64,000 bases of DNA from Malacoraja senta (Eukaryota): assembly GCA_038087875.1 (NCBI GenBank), contig CM075991.1, positions 4,774,001 to 4,838,000 on the forward strand, written 5' to 3'. Both the position numbers and the translations under genes were made by a program. Position 1 is the stretch's first letter. Each line of letters opens with the position of its first letter. This document shows, piece after piece, positions 23,170 through 35,549 of this stretch. A model generated the notes under the pieces. That model ran no database searches and was not told the origin of the DNA. It saw nothing but the letters and a program-made list of their open reading frames with translations.

Positions 23170-26100
23170 TTCAAACTAAATTATTGATTAATGTACAGTT
23201 AATCGATATGTATTGACATGGCAGCAGATTGTTCGGTCATGAGCAAAGACCTGTATGAAGTAAAGTTCCCACAGATACCACTGTTTGAGAGTAAGGTCAA
23301 GCTGAGAACCTACTTGTGCCAAATTTTGGAGGTGGACAAATGAACTGTAAAGTTGAGCATAATGGTCAGTCAGAAACACTGCCCATCATAGTGGCCAGCT
23401 ACAGAAATAAACCAACCATCCTTGGTAAGGATTGGCTGAGTAGAATAGAGTTAGACTGGAAGAACAGTTTCAGCATCGATTTGTCCAAATCACGTCTTGA
23501 AAGCATCATAAGCAAACATGCAAACATTTTTGCTGACAGTTACACGGGAATAACAGGGTACTCTGCACACATTCAACTTAAGCAAGATGTGAGACCTGTG
23601 TATTGTCGACCAAGACCTTTACCATATGCACTAAAGCAACAAGTGGAGGAAGAATGCAACAGGTTAGAGCGGAATGGAGTACTCGTGAAGACAGGCCAGA
23701 GTAACTGGGCAACGCCAATTGTGGCCTTATCCAAGGCCGACAAAACAGTTCGACTATGTGGTGACTACAAATTCACAATCAACCAAGCCGTTGATGACGA
23801 ACAATATCCGTTACCAACCTCGCAAGATCTGTACGCAGAACTTAGCGGAGCAAGAGTCTTCACTAAACTGGATTTGTCTCACGCTCACGCCCAACTCAAT
23901 GTCGACAAGGAAAGTCAGCAGTACTTGACTATCAACACACATAAGGGCTTGTATTCATATACAAAGCTGCCCTATGGTGTGAAATCCTCCCCGAAAATGT
24001 TCCAGTCTGTCATGGACAAAATGTTACAAGGCATTCCGCACTGTGTGTGCGCAACCAGGATGACCTACTGATATTCACAGAGGGCATGGTAGAACATCTG
24101 GAAATCCTTGAGTAAGTTCTCACACGACTGATCTGCCGCAATGTCACACTGCGACAAAGTAAATGTGCATTTGCGCAGTCAGAGGTGGTCTACCTTGGAC
24201 TCAAAGTAGACGCCAACAGACTTCGCCCTGTGAAGGCGAAAGTTGAAGCAATAGTGAATGCTCCAAAGCCCAACAATGTGTCGGAGCTACGATCATTCCT
24301 TGGGATGGTGCTGTTCTATGCACGATTCCTTCCAGATTTAGCAACTGTGCTAAAGCCACTACATCTGCTACAAAAATATATGAAATGAACATGGGGAAAG
24401 GAACAGCAATGTGCATATGACATCTGCAAGGAAAATTTGACAAGTGACAAACTTCTTTTTCACTACGATAAGACACGCGAGTAGAAACTTGCTTGTGATG
24501 CTTCAAGTTATGGTGTAGGTGCAGTGATCTCCCACGTAATGAATGACGGACAGGAAAAGCCTATTGCTTTTGCATCCCACATCCTATCACCGAGTGAACG
24601 CAATTATGCTCAGATAGAAAAGGAAGCATTCAGCATCGTGTTCGGAATCAAGAAATTCCATCAGTTTCTTCTCGGCAGACTGTTCAGCCTAGTGACTGAT
24701 CACAAGCCACTACTAGTGATACCTGGTCCCAAGTCAGCTATACCTTCCATGGCGCCATCAAGGATGCAGCGCTGGGCAATTTTGCTGTCCCAGTATGACC
24801 ACAAGGTGGAGTACAGAAGCTCCAAGTGCAACGCAGTTGCAGATGCGTTGTCCCGGTTGCCCCATGAGAACTCTGACGTGGGAAGTAAGAACTCAATCTA
24901 CACACGGCAAGTTGTAGATGAGGACTTTCCAGTGACTGCAACAGAAATTGCAGCAGAAACAGAGAAAGACACTGTGCTGAAGTGGGTCTATGAACAGACA
25001 TTGAACGGTTGGGCTGAAATCGATAGTGGATTGAACTCAGGTCTGAACTCAGAGCTGAAGCCTTTCCATAATCAACGCCATGAATTATCATGTGAGCAGG
25101 GATGCATTAAGTGGGGTTACAGAGTGGTTGTACCAGAGTCTTTGAGAAACAAAATTATGAATGAACTTCATGCCGAATATCCTGGCATAGTAAGCATGAA
25201 GTCAATTGCCAGAAGTTTTGTGTATTGGCCTGGTATTGACAGTGATATCGAGTCACTGGTGAGCAAATGTAGCGTCTGCCAAAATTGCCGGAGAAAACCA
25301 CCAAAAACACCAAAAACTGGCCAAGTAAACCTTTTCAGAGAGTTCATGTGGATTTTTGTGAAAAGGGTGATGATCACTTTCTGGTACTAGTAGATAGTCA
25401 TTCCAAATAGATTGGGGTCAAGCACTACTACTGAGCGTACCATAGATGAGTGGATCTGCATGCCATGGTTTACCAGAAGAACTTGTTTCTGATAACGGGC
25501 CTCAGTTTCGTTCAGAACGGTTCAAAGAATTCATGTAGCGGAATGGTGTAAAACACACACTTGTTCCCCCATACCATCCAGCCTCCAACGGGGCGGCGGA
25601 AAGGTCTGTTAGAATTGTCAAAGATGCTCTCAAGAAACAGGTTTTGCAGGGTAGTTCAAAGCTCAGCATGAAACATCGTTTGGCTAGTTTCTTGCTGAAG
25701 TACAGAACCACACAACACACAACAGGTTACTCACCTGCAGAACTGTTGATGAAGAGAAGGCTAAGAATACGCCTGTCTAGTTCAACCCAATTTGGCCTTG
25801 AGAGTTGAGCAAAAACAGTTAAGTCAAAAACGCCATTTTGACTCCCACAAAAAGGAGAGGTACTTCAAGCCAGATGAGTAGACTCGTGTTCTTAGTCCTC
25901 CCAACAAGTCCAGTCGAGACAAATGGGATGTTGGGAAAATAGTGGAAGCGTGTGGAACAAAAATATACTTAGTTGAAGTTGGAGATAAGATCAAAAGTGT
26001 TTTTGTTGATCAAATGATTCCAGCCAAAGATGAACCAAAAACTGACCATAAAGTCCAAATCCCTGAGTTTTTATCTGAAAGTGAGTTGGAAGAGACCACT

Positions 26101-26280
26101 GTGATTGAAACACAAAGTTCAGTCAGTACAGACAAAAAAACAGATTCCTTTGGTCAAAGTCAGGGTACTAAAACAGAGCCAAACAAGCCAACAGTTGAGT
26201 CAACACCTAAACCTGTTACACCTGTTACTGTTAGACGATCAGGCAGGATACGTAAACCAGCAGTCAGGTTAGGTTTGTAA
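23170..26280 (+). pseudogene. pol: Gypsy pol (protease, RT, RNase H, integrase), disrupted
   Basis: PR ID(M)AADCSV...ILGKDWL; RT WATPIV...RLCGDYK...KLDLSHA...LPYGVKSSP...NQDD; RH ACDASSYGVGAV...NYAQIEKEA...TDHKPL...ADALSR; IN H..YPG...CSVC, SDNGPQF, PYHPASNGAAER; C-terminal RRSGRIRKP. Confidence 0.92.
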
Positions 26281-26424
26281 GTTAAGTAACTCACTATAAG
26301 TAAAATGAAAATGTGTAAATATGTAAAATAGATATATTATGGTTATTATTTAAAATTTCATAAATACTGGTTTAAATCAAGTATCACAACAACAAAATTG
26401 TAACGGTACTTAGATTGAATACTT

Positions 26425-26437
26425 AAAAGGAGAACAG
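26425..26437 (+). promoter_or_regulatory. Polypurine tract
   Basis: aaaaggagaacag immediately 5' of the 3' LTR. Confidence 0.75.
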
Positions 26438-26578
26438 TGTAATGTATTCATACATGTTCATGCATATGTTAATGAGTGATGTTCAATATAAGCAGGGAAT
26501 GTTGGGTAATAAATCTCTCTCGTGATCCAGGCAACCTGCCTGTAAGTTGTTATTCATTCTGCCATCCGGAATATAACA
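26438..26578 (+). repeat. 3' LTR (141 bp)
   Basis: Direct repeat of 20517-20656 with TG...CA ends. Confidence 0.95.
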
Positions 26579-29169
26579 GCAATAGAAAATGGACATTTCT
26601 GACATAGAGAAATCAGCATACAGTCAGTTCTCAGGAATGGAACCTTCAAATAACAGAGGAACTGCCTGTATTCTGATTTGATCTTTATGCATACCTTGTG
26701 GCTGACTTCATACCTCCTCACCATCTGCTGTAGGTTTTCTCTCTTCAAATACCCCCAGTGATTTGACTTTCACAACCATCTGATGTACAGAACATCAGAG
26801 ATTCTCCACCCCTTGTCAATGCCTGATAATGTGTTGCTCTCGATAGCTCTTGCATCCCCAAGTTTAGTGTTATCCACACCTTGGAAAGAAGCGGTGAAAA
26901 GAAGAGGTTTGGAGGTAATTCCGGCACAATGGGTTGAAAGCATGGTTGCTGCTGATGGTCAGAGTTGTGTAAAGTTACTATGTGGAAAATGGGTTCAAGT
27001 GTGATGAGGGATGAATCGTTTTAGGATGGAACTGTGCATCATGCATCTATTTTATGGATGGCACGTGCTTCAGGCACAGCACACCAGTGGCAGTGGAAAC
27101 GCAGGTGGTTTACAGGTTACTAATCAAGATTATTGATTTGCCCTGAATATCATCGAGATTTGTGAGAATAGGTGAGGCTTAATGAATAATGTACCAAGTT
27201 CAAGTGAATGCCATCAGTGACTTTGAAATAAGAAATCTGTCTACTATAGTACTTTGCTTCAAATAATTAACCTGCATCTACCTTCAGTATCACCATTGTA
27301 TCTTTGTCCATTCATGTGTATTTGACTTCTTGCTTGTACAGGGTATCAGAATAAACACAAATATTGTAATATTGATTTTTGTTTGCTTTGGCACTTCTAA
27401 ATTCATGAAATAATCTTCTCACATGTTCATTCTTGCATATTTGTGGACATGTAAACCACTACAAAAATGATCTATTGTTTGCCTAATCTAGCTTTTTAGT
27501 GTTAAGTATAACTAAGTGTTGACTTTAGATTAAATCAACAAACCACTGATTCAAATTATGCATGGAGGCAACAAACTAGAAATACCAGAAATATATTAGA
27601 ATCATTCTTGAATGCGGCAATCTGTAAGACTGGATTGAAGATATGTTTCAGTATCTCATTCATGCTGGCTGACACCAGTATTAAAATGGTTAATTGAGTA
27701 TTTCATCAATTAGCAATCTAATTTGTTTGAAATGCTTAATTTGAAAAGCCTCATTGTTTCTCAATTTATCATTTCAATATTAATGCTAATTACAATTAGA
27801 AATAGTCAAAGCTCATTGAAACTGATTCCTGCAGAATGTTAACCCCGTTCTTTTAAATAACCTAAAAAAAAAAAAACCCTCTTATCTCTGGTTGCTGGAT
27901 AAATCTACATTATTTGTACCTTGTTAGCAATAATTATTTACTGCTGCATATATTCTAAATTGATTTGTGTCCACTGATTTCCATTTCTTTCATTTAGCTT
28001 TCGACATCTATTTCAAAGTAGCACATTGGGGTCACTTCTTCTGGACTATTTAATACCTATGCAATTAATTGCAGTTAACTTGCATGTTTCTACATTTTAA
28101 TGGCAATTTTTTTTCTTATTTCATAGTTTATGCTGTTCACAATTGCAATTTGCCCTTTCACTGAGGATTCCATTGACAAAATATTCTCAAGATATTGAAG
28201 ATGTTATGACAGTATTTTGAAAAACATGAGGCTTTCAGTACTCGCCTCTACAAAATGATAACGTTTATCTCGTGTCTGTATTTGTGCGGTGGTTGGTATC
28301 ATTGTGGTATCGTTGCATCACAAACTCAAAGAAGACAGAATGGCCCATAGTATCAATAAAACAACATATAAGCCTTGGAATTTAAAGAATTTATCCAAAT
28401 CCCTTTGTAAATTATTATTGTATGATTTCACTGTCCATTTTGCCAATGAATTTTCAATTATATCTTTCTGCATAAAAAGCTCAATTTCTTTGATTCTCTA
28501 ATTAATTATCTTAAAGGCACTTTAAATAACGGTCTGTTCAATAATATGATTGCATTCTATCAATCTAACTTTTCATCAACTGCTATTCAATACAGAATTT
28601 TCCAGTATTTATCCACCATTTCAATTATTTTGCCAGCTTGAATCAATCATTAAACAGGTATGCACAATTTGCTATTTTGGAAAATGGGCAGGTAGTTCTC
28701 GGATTGCTTATGCTATGCTTTGAGAAAATCCTGAAACCCTCAGCATGTCCAGAAGTAGCTGCTAAGGTACAAACAAATTCAAGTTCCAGATCGAAGATTA
28801 CTCTTATAAATAACACACTGGGGTTCTTTGGAAGGAAGGTTTTGAAACAATAGCTTAGCTGAAATCTCAACTTTCAGAAGTAAAAGTGATTTTTTTGTGC
28901 TTTGTGACCTAATTATGCAAATGTGGACTGATCGGAAATATACATTGGATGCAGGATGTCCTTTAATTAATTGTATTGTTGGTGAGTAGAAAGTACGAGA
29001 CCAAGTGGGACCCGTTGGGTCGCTGTCACATGGGAGGGTTTGTCCCCCGACGCAATATTCCACCACAGAGCCATAGCCCCCAACTGAGCATGATCAGCTG
29101 ACGGGCCCGCACAAATGGCAGAAGTTAAGTTAATAACTGCATTTAATATTTCCATTGCCTCGCCATCCA

Positions 29170-29490
29170 TCTTCCTACTCCTATCCTCCATTCCCCCTCA
29201 TCCCCCAGCACTCCCTCCCCCTCATCTTCAGCCTCCCTCTTCTTTCCCCTGTCCTTCTCCCCTCCCCCACTCCCTTCATCACCTCTCCCTTCCTCTCCTT
29301 TACCCTACGCCCAGTCACTCCCTCCCTCCGTAACTCCTCTCCCTTCCCTACCCCCCTCCTGTCCCTCTATCCCCTCCCCCTCCCCCACTCTCCCTCCTCA
29401 CCTCCCCCACTTGATCCTCCCTCTCCTCCCTCTCCTTCCCTACCCACTCCTCTCCCTCAATCCCCCAGTCTCCCTCCTCACCTCCCCACG
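29170..29490. repeat. Polypyrimidine (C/T-rich) low-complexity tract
   Basis: Direct reading. Confidence 0.9.
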
Positions 29491-29507
29491 ACGGCGATGA
29501 AGTTGTA

Positions 29508-29780
29508 CTTGAGGCGGGGGCTGTCGGGGGGGGGGGGGGGGCGCGAGCGTCCTGGAGCCGAGGGAGGGCTTGAGGCGGGGGGGTGCTGTCAGGGGTGGGG
29601 GATGGGGGCTGTCGGGGGGGGGAAGCGAGCGTCCTGGAGCCGGGGGGGGCTTGAGGCGGGGGCTGTCGGGGGGGAGGGGCGAGCATCCTGAAGCCGGGGG
29701 AGGGTTTGAGGCGGGGGCTGTTGGGGGTGGGGGGGGGGGGGTGCGAGCATCCTGGAGCCGGGGGAGGGCTTGAGGTGGGA
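29508..29780. repeat. G-rich minisatellite, 4 units plus a partial fifth (55-81 bp)
   Basis: Unit cttgaggcgggggctgtc(g)n-gcgagcrtcctggagccgggggaggg, starting at 29508, 29569, 29650, 29705 and 29769. Confidence 0.9.
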
Positions 29781-30764
29781 GAAATGGGTTAAATGATTTC
29801 AAACCAAATGCAGTACAAGTCAGACACAGTGAAGGGGAACAGCTGTGTTCTGGTGCATTTAACACATCATGGTAGATATTGGTGTATGTTATGCTTGTTT
29901 TGCAGGTGTAAAACAGGCACTAAGAATACCAATTTAGTAGTGGGTTGATGTGTGCAGGTGCTAGTCTCACTTTTAATTTGAGACCGCCAATTTTGTTTAA
30001 AAGGTGCATCCAAATGGGGTTTAAATTAATTCTGTCGTTAATGGAGAGTTTGTTTCCAAGTTGTGAGGCACGCATATCAAAAAAGTAACATATTGAGAAT
30101 AAGCAAGATGAGGTGAAATTTCTTCATGAAGATAGTGGTAAATGTTTGGAATTCTCAACCGCTAATGGCTCCAGAAGCTCAGTTATTGCGTTCACTTAAA
30201 GCAGAGATTGATAGATTTCGGAGCAACAAGAGATATGAGGTAAATGGCAGTGATAAAGAGGATCATGGCCTTGATGAAAGAGGTGGAACAGGTTCAAGGC
30301 CAAACAGGTTAGCCTTCACCTCCTATTTCGGATGTTCTTATGATCCATGCCAATTTACTGCACAGTAAATGATGGAGGCCACCACTTACCTCTAAGATTC
30401 TCTTTTCCCTTCAGCAGAGAATATCAAGGATCTGCAAAAATCGATGGAATCATTCCAAGTTGCATCCGGTGATTATATTGATCATCACTGGACCATTAGG
30501 AGGCCATTAAAGTGTGCCAATAGTATTAGTTTATAGCGAGACACACGTTTGAGAACAAAGTGATTTTTCTTGGCAGATACAGGGTCCGACACTTGCGCGC
30601 TGAGAGTGAGCACTAACGGAGTCCCTGCAGTTGAAGTTGGGCACACCCGTGACTCATGAGGTAAACTTCCCGCCAAATGTAGTCACGTGCCTGATCCAGT
30701 TCTACTAATGAGGGTTCGATCTATCACTGGCCTAAACACCTCATGGCGCCACAAGTTTAGGCGC

Positions 30765-30960
30765 CACAAGTTTAGAAATACAACATGGAGAAAGGCCCTT
30801 CAGCCCACGCCGACTATCTATCACGTGTTCACACTAGTTCTATGTCATTTCATGTTCTCATCAACTCCCAACCGACACGGGGCAATTTACAGATGCCAAT
30901 TAATCGACCAAACTATATGTCTTTGGGATGTGGGAGGAAATCACAGGAAACCCACTCGGA
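30765..30960 (-). mobile_element. HE1-like SINE 3' half
   Basis: agtttagaaatacaacatggagaaaggcccttcagccc...gtctttgggatgtgggaggaaa. Confidence 0.7.
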
Positions 30961-31024
30961 CAAGTTCCTGTTTATGAACCACTCTGGAATTTCCTGAGTG
31001 ATGTTCAGAGTAAGCTAGAATATT

Positions 31025-31128
31025 AGGTAGACACTACAATGATGGAGTAACTCAGTGGGACAGGTAGCATCTCTTGAGAGAAGTAATGGGTGATGTTTCG
31101 GGTCAAGACTCCTTCTTCAGACTGAATC
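31025..31128 (-). mobile_element. Penelope-derived short element with ~10-bp TSD
   Basis: ggagtaactcagtgggacaggtagcatctc...gtttcgggtcaagactccttcttcagactga, flanked by ctagaatatt on both sides. Confidence 0.75.
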
Positions 31129-32309
31129 TAGAATATTCTCTGCTATCTGCTGTGTGCTCCACCATCTTATCATAAAAATGCTTTCTTGGAAAAGGAAGTG
31201 GTGAACCAAAACAGGAAAAGTCTGTAAATAGCTACGAAGAATTATCACTTCTAAATGTGCAGCGGGAGCATGCATCAGAATTCATGTGTCTGTGAGCATG
31301 CTTGCTGGCAATTGTTGTAACACTGTATTTATATGTTGGAATTCAAAAAGTCAAAACACTTAACACACTAAACCTGACAATCAGTGAGGTTATGGAATAT
31401 TTGTTTTGGCATTGCTCTTGGGTCCTCGGTAACTCCCACTGGCACTCAGTACCCTCGCCATCTTCACCCAGTGCAGGCTGAAGATTGTGACAGTGCAGGT
31501 GTAGATGCAGCCGGTGCTCCCTTGGCACCCATTTGGATCCACCTCAGAAGCTCATGGGGAAAACTTCCACTAGTACTGCGATTTAGTGGGTAGGTCTCCT
31601 TTAAGAGATGGAGCTCTGATGCTAATTAGCACAAGGCAGGTGCATGGTATTGAATGATTAATAAGCACTTACTGCACAGTAACTAGACGAATAATAACAC
31701 TTTTACACTATAAAGCAGCATCCCAACAGCACCGCCGAGTAAAGCTGTGTGTAACCCACACAGAGCAGGTTTTGCAGACTTACTCAGAGGAATAGGAATA
31801 GGAATTTCTTGTCCATTGAATCTGCTCTGCTTGGGTTTTAGCAGCAGCTATCAGGCAATTACTGAAAGCAATTTTATATTCAGCTTTTTGAAAATCTCAT
31901 CCTTTAGTGGTGTTGGCAGGAGCAGAATTTACACAATAACCAAGATACAATAATAGGCAACACAGCACCTTGAGCATGTTCCGCCATTCAATAAAATTCA
32001 TAATTAACTCCCTTTTCCAGCATGTATCCAAACACCTGATTCCTTTGGTGCCATAAAATCTATCAATTAATCTCAATCTTGAATGCATCCCAAGAGTGAG
32101 CATCAACTAAACTATGGAGGACAGAACCCCAAAGATTTGCAGCCCACTTTATCTCTGTCTTAAATGCCTGATCATTATCCTGAGAGAATACCATCAATTG
32201 TGGAGTTTCTAGCCTCTGAACATCCACCAGTCAATCGCTGTTTCATGTGATTCAATTATATCCTCGCATTCTTCTAAACCTAACAATATCCTGCCATTCT
32301 TCAAAAACC

Positions 32310-33125
32310 TGTTAATATGGGCCAATTCAAATCCATTACTTCTCGGAAAATGTTCTATAGTAAGAGTTAATGAAGTCAAACTATATTCCTGATAATTGCT
32401 CGTTCTAATCTTTCCCCCGTCTAGTTTCAGAAAAAACACTGAATCAAGCACTTGAACAACTAATCTTTATTTTAACAAAGTGCAATTACAGTTCAACTAC
32501 TGTACCTATCCCACCGCGGGTTCGATCCCCGTATCTGCCTGATCAAGCCCTCTAGGCCTCGCTCAAACAGAGACCCGCCAGAAGGTCACGCAGTCCCAAG
32601 CACTCTCCCAGAAGATCGACGCTGGACCTCGTGGTACGGACGTTTATATGTCCCGGGACTTCGAGGGGCCGAACCACATGGGTGTGGTCTCTTAATAATC
32701 CAATTACAGATATCGATTAATCCCATACATAACAGACATTTCCCTAACCCAATAATACAGCAGCTCAATCCAATGTATTCAAACAGGAATTCTCAAGGAA
32801 GCCAACTTAGAAACATTTACCCTGATCTGCAAGAAACCCAGACAAGGCTCAATACCTCATCCAATCAACACTCGGCAAAGTTGAACTCTGCAACATTATT
32901 TACAATTATTTACAAGGTGTATGTCTGTTTTGCAGCCATCCAATCGCTGCTATGCATTTTGCACCTAATTGACAGGGTCTGCAGATGTTCTTATTCTTTT
33001 CTTATTCTCCACAGCTTGTCCGAGCTCTGCAGAGAGCAATTCCAAATTGACCAAATCTCCCAGCAGCCCTGAAGCTTTTACCCCATTTAAAAGTCCTGGC
33101 CTCTCCAATTTGGCCACAATTAACA
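32310..33125 (-). mobile_element. Probable solo LTR (~816 bp) inside a degenerate minus-strand CR1
   Basis: Ends tgttaatatgggccaa ... ttggccacaattaaca form an imperfect inverted repeat with TG..CA. On the minus strand TATAAA (32643-32648) lies upstream of AATAAA (32466-32471). No clean TSD. Confidence 0.6.
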
Positions 33126-33639
33126 TTCCACCATCCTAAGTATATACTTCTGAGTGAATGAAATTGTACAAACTAGTCTAGACAGGGTCTCATCAAAGTT
33201 CTGCATAAATTCCAGCAAAATTTCCTTAAATTTGCACTCAAGAAAAGTGAACACACCATTAGCCTTCTTAACTGCATACATGTTAACTCTAAGCTTGAGG
33301 ACAAAGAAGCTCAAAAATCCTCAGCAATCAGTCATCATGGTCTATTTTAGGAATAAACAGCATAAATTAACCTTTTCCAAGGATACTTTTTGTGAAGGCA
33401 CCACCAGCTTGCTTTTATGGATGATTTCCAGAAACCTGCTTGTCACATTTTGCGAGACCAGCTTCTATGTCAACTATTTAAATTCAAACCTAAATGGTAG
33501 CCACATGACAATAAAGATAAGCACTTGGATATAATCAATGCTGAAATATAGCATTAAGTGGGATAAAGTTGCTACGCGTCTTCAAAAGGTCATAAAAAGG
33601 CTGACAAAACAATCTAATCCCAGGAAATAGTGGTGAATC

Positions 33640-34640
33640 TCCTTTATTAACCTCCAATGTCACTACATCTGTTTTAAGTAATGGCACCAAAACTGTATGT
33701 AATATTTCAGGTCAGGTCTCACCAACACCCTGTCCAAATGTAACAAAACCTCCCTATCTTTAAACTCCAGCCCCTTTATACTGAAGGTCAAAATGTTAAA
33801 GCCATCCTAATGACTGCCCGCCAGCTTCTTGGGATTTATGCACAGGAATACCTAGATTCCTCTGTACTTCACTCACTTGTACCTCCTCTACATATAGATA
33901 ATAATCTGCCTTTTGAACTCTCTCAGCAACGTGCATTAACTCACTCATCCCCACGTTAAACTTGATTTGCCAGTGTTTTGCTCACTCACTCAACCTATCT
34001 GTATCTCATTGCAGAACCACAACATTCTTATCACGACAATCCCTGACAAGTAATTTCAGATCGCTGGCAAATTTGGAAATCTTACAGACCGTTCCTTCCG
34101 CCAAGATATTCATGTAAAGGGTAAACGATTATGGGTCAATATAGGATCCCTGTGGTAGTTCACTAGTTACCTCCTTCCAACCTGAAAAAGACACGGTAAT
34201 TACAATTGTTTTTTATGAGTCAGACAGTTTTCAATCCATTCGAACACATCCTCTGATACCATGGGGCTTTTAGCTGATGCACCAGCTTCCTATGAAGCAC
34301 CTTGTCAAATGCCTTTGGGAAAATCTAAACACAGGTTCTCCTCGAGCAACTTTTCCTATTCCATCCTCAAAGAATTGGAGTCAATTTGTTAAACATGATT
34401 TACTTTTCATGAAACCATGTTGACTAGATTTAATTACAATCAACTTATTTCCTCTTTGATCTTTGTCTGTAACATCTTGCCGATAACAGTTGTAAAACTG
34501 ACTGACCTGGCTTCCCCCTTTCATCTTTCACCAAGGGAGTCATATTGACTGTTCTCTAATCTTCTGGTAACCTCCCAGAGTTATTAAAAGTTTCAACCAA
34601 TGGTTCCACTATCTCTGTAGCCAGTTCCTTCAAAACCAGA
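33640..34640 (-). mobile_element. Degenerate CR1 RT fragment
   Basis: caccaaaactgta...tcaggtctcaccaa, tcgctggcaaattt and caccttgtcaaatgcctt are the reverse complements of CR1 RT motifs (LEYC, KFADD, KAFDKV). Confidence 0.7.
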
Positions 34641-35185
34641 CACATTTCAATGAACATATGCATAAAAGAGATAATAAGATAGAATGATGATTTGAGGGGA
34701 AAAAATGAAAAGACTGTAGTCAATGGTGGTAAAATTCATACTTAATCACAAAAATTGCACAATATAACAGTGGAAGTATATTGAATTATATTTCCAAACT
34801 TAGATTCCTTTGAAAATGTAACATTTCAGAGGTAGACGACTTTATTATGTCTTTAGAGCATGCGGCAAAGAATGAACTTCTTTTATTCATCTTCTGAATT
34901 GGATTTTATCTTCAATAAAGAAATCAAGTATACAGGATAATTATCAATCCTGTGGAATTGCATTATCTCACAGGTATATTTTGCTTCATTTTCTATTACA
35001 TTCATTCATCATCATTGAAAACATTAGCGACCCAGTGGTGCTGGTTTCCAACGGGAACGGTGACAGACGCACCACACATCTCTGTCCTCCAGTTCCTGCG
35101 GACTTCCGCCGCTGGAAGTATGGGATTTTGGTGTGTGTGCTTTATCATAGTTCCTTACAATGCTATATACGACAGTGATCGCAAC

Positions 35186-35296
35186 TTCTACTGAAGTGTG
35201 GATGGCCGTTGGCTCGCTAGAAGCTCAACCGCCCTTTGACAGGTCTTGTTTTTGGTCCTGCTGGGGGTCCACAGCCCCCTCCTCACCTGGCAAAAT
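35186..35296 (-). mobile_element. Short retroposon fragment, possibly RTE-related
   Basis: GC-richer segment beginning cttctactgaagtgtggatggccg, set in AT-rich DNA. Family call tentative. Confidence 0.3.
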
Positions 35297-35549
35297 TCTG
35301 CCATGCATGGATTGAATAAATAGAGGATGATGTATGATCCTCCTTTAATGATTATGATAATTTTACATTGAAAATCTATATTTGAAGACTTGCAAACATT
35401 ATAGTATCATTTATGGTATTGTAGCTCCCCTCTGGGATGGGCATGAGAATGGTAAGTGTGAGAAGCTTTGTTTAAAAGTGCTCTGATGCCCAATTTGATT
35501 TTCATCAGGATTACTATGCTCAGATATCACCACAGCCAATCAAGCCATT

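Larger units (their letters stand above)
20517..26578 (+). mobile_element. Full-length decayed Ty3/Gypsy LTR retrotransposon (Mag-like)
   Basis: Paired TG...CA LTRs, PBS, PPT, gag with two zinc knuckles, and PR-RT-RH-IN order. Multiple stops and frameshifts; no env ORF. Confidence 0.95.
28995..29870. mobile_element. Unclassified insertion with a terminal mini-palindrome, a C-rich tract and a G-rich minisatellite
   Basis: Starts gagaccaagtgggacccgttgggtc (gaccc/gggtc stem) and differs sharply in composition from the AT-rich flanks. Right boundary uncertain. Confidence 0.4.

Noticed and set aside
25942..26280. Possible env or extra ORF in the Gypsy element
   Set aside because: It is the integrase C-terminal region ending in RRSGRIRKP, with no signal peptide or transmembrane segment.
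28127..28290. Possible coding exon after ttttttcttatttcatag
   Set aside because: All three frames reach stop codons before any convincing donor site.
29115..29865. Long Pro-rich and Gly-rich ORFs on both strands
   Set aside because: They arise from stop-poor C-rich and G-rich low-complexity and minisatellite sequence.
30577..30660. Exon-like segment (ttttcttggcag ... GAG|gtaaac)
   Set aside because: All three frames contain a stop, so it is unsupported as coding. A non-coding exon cannot be excluded.
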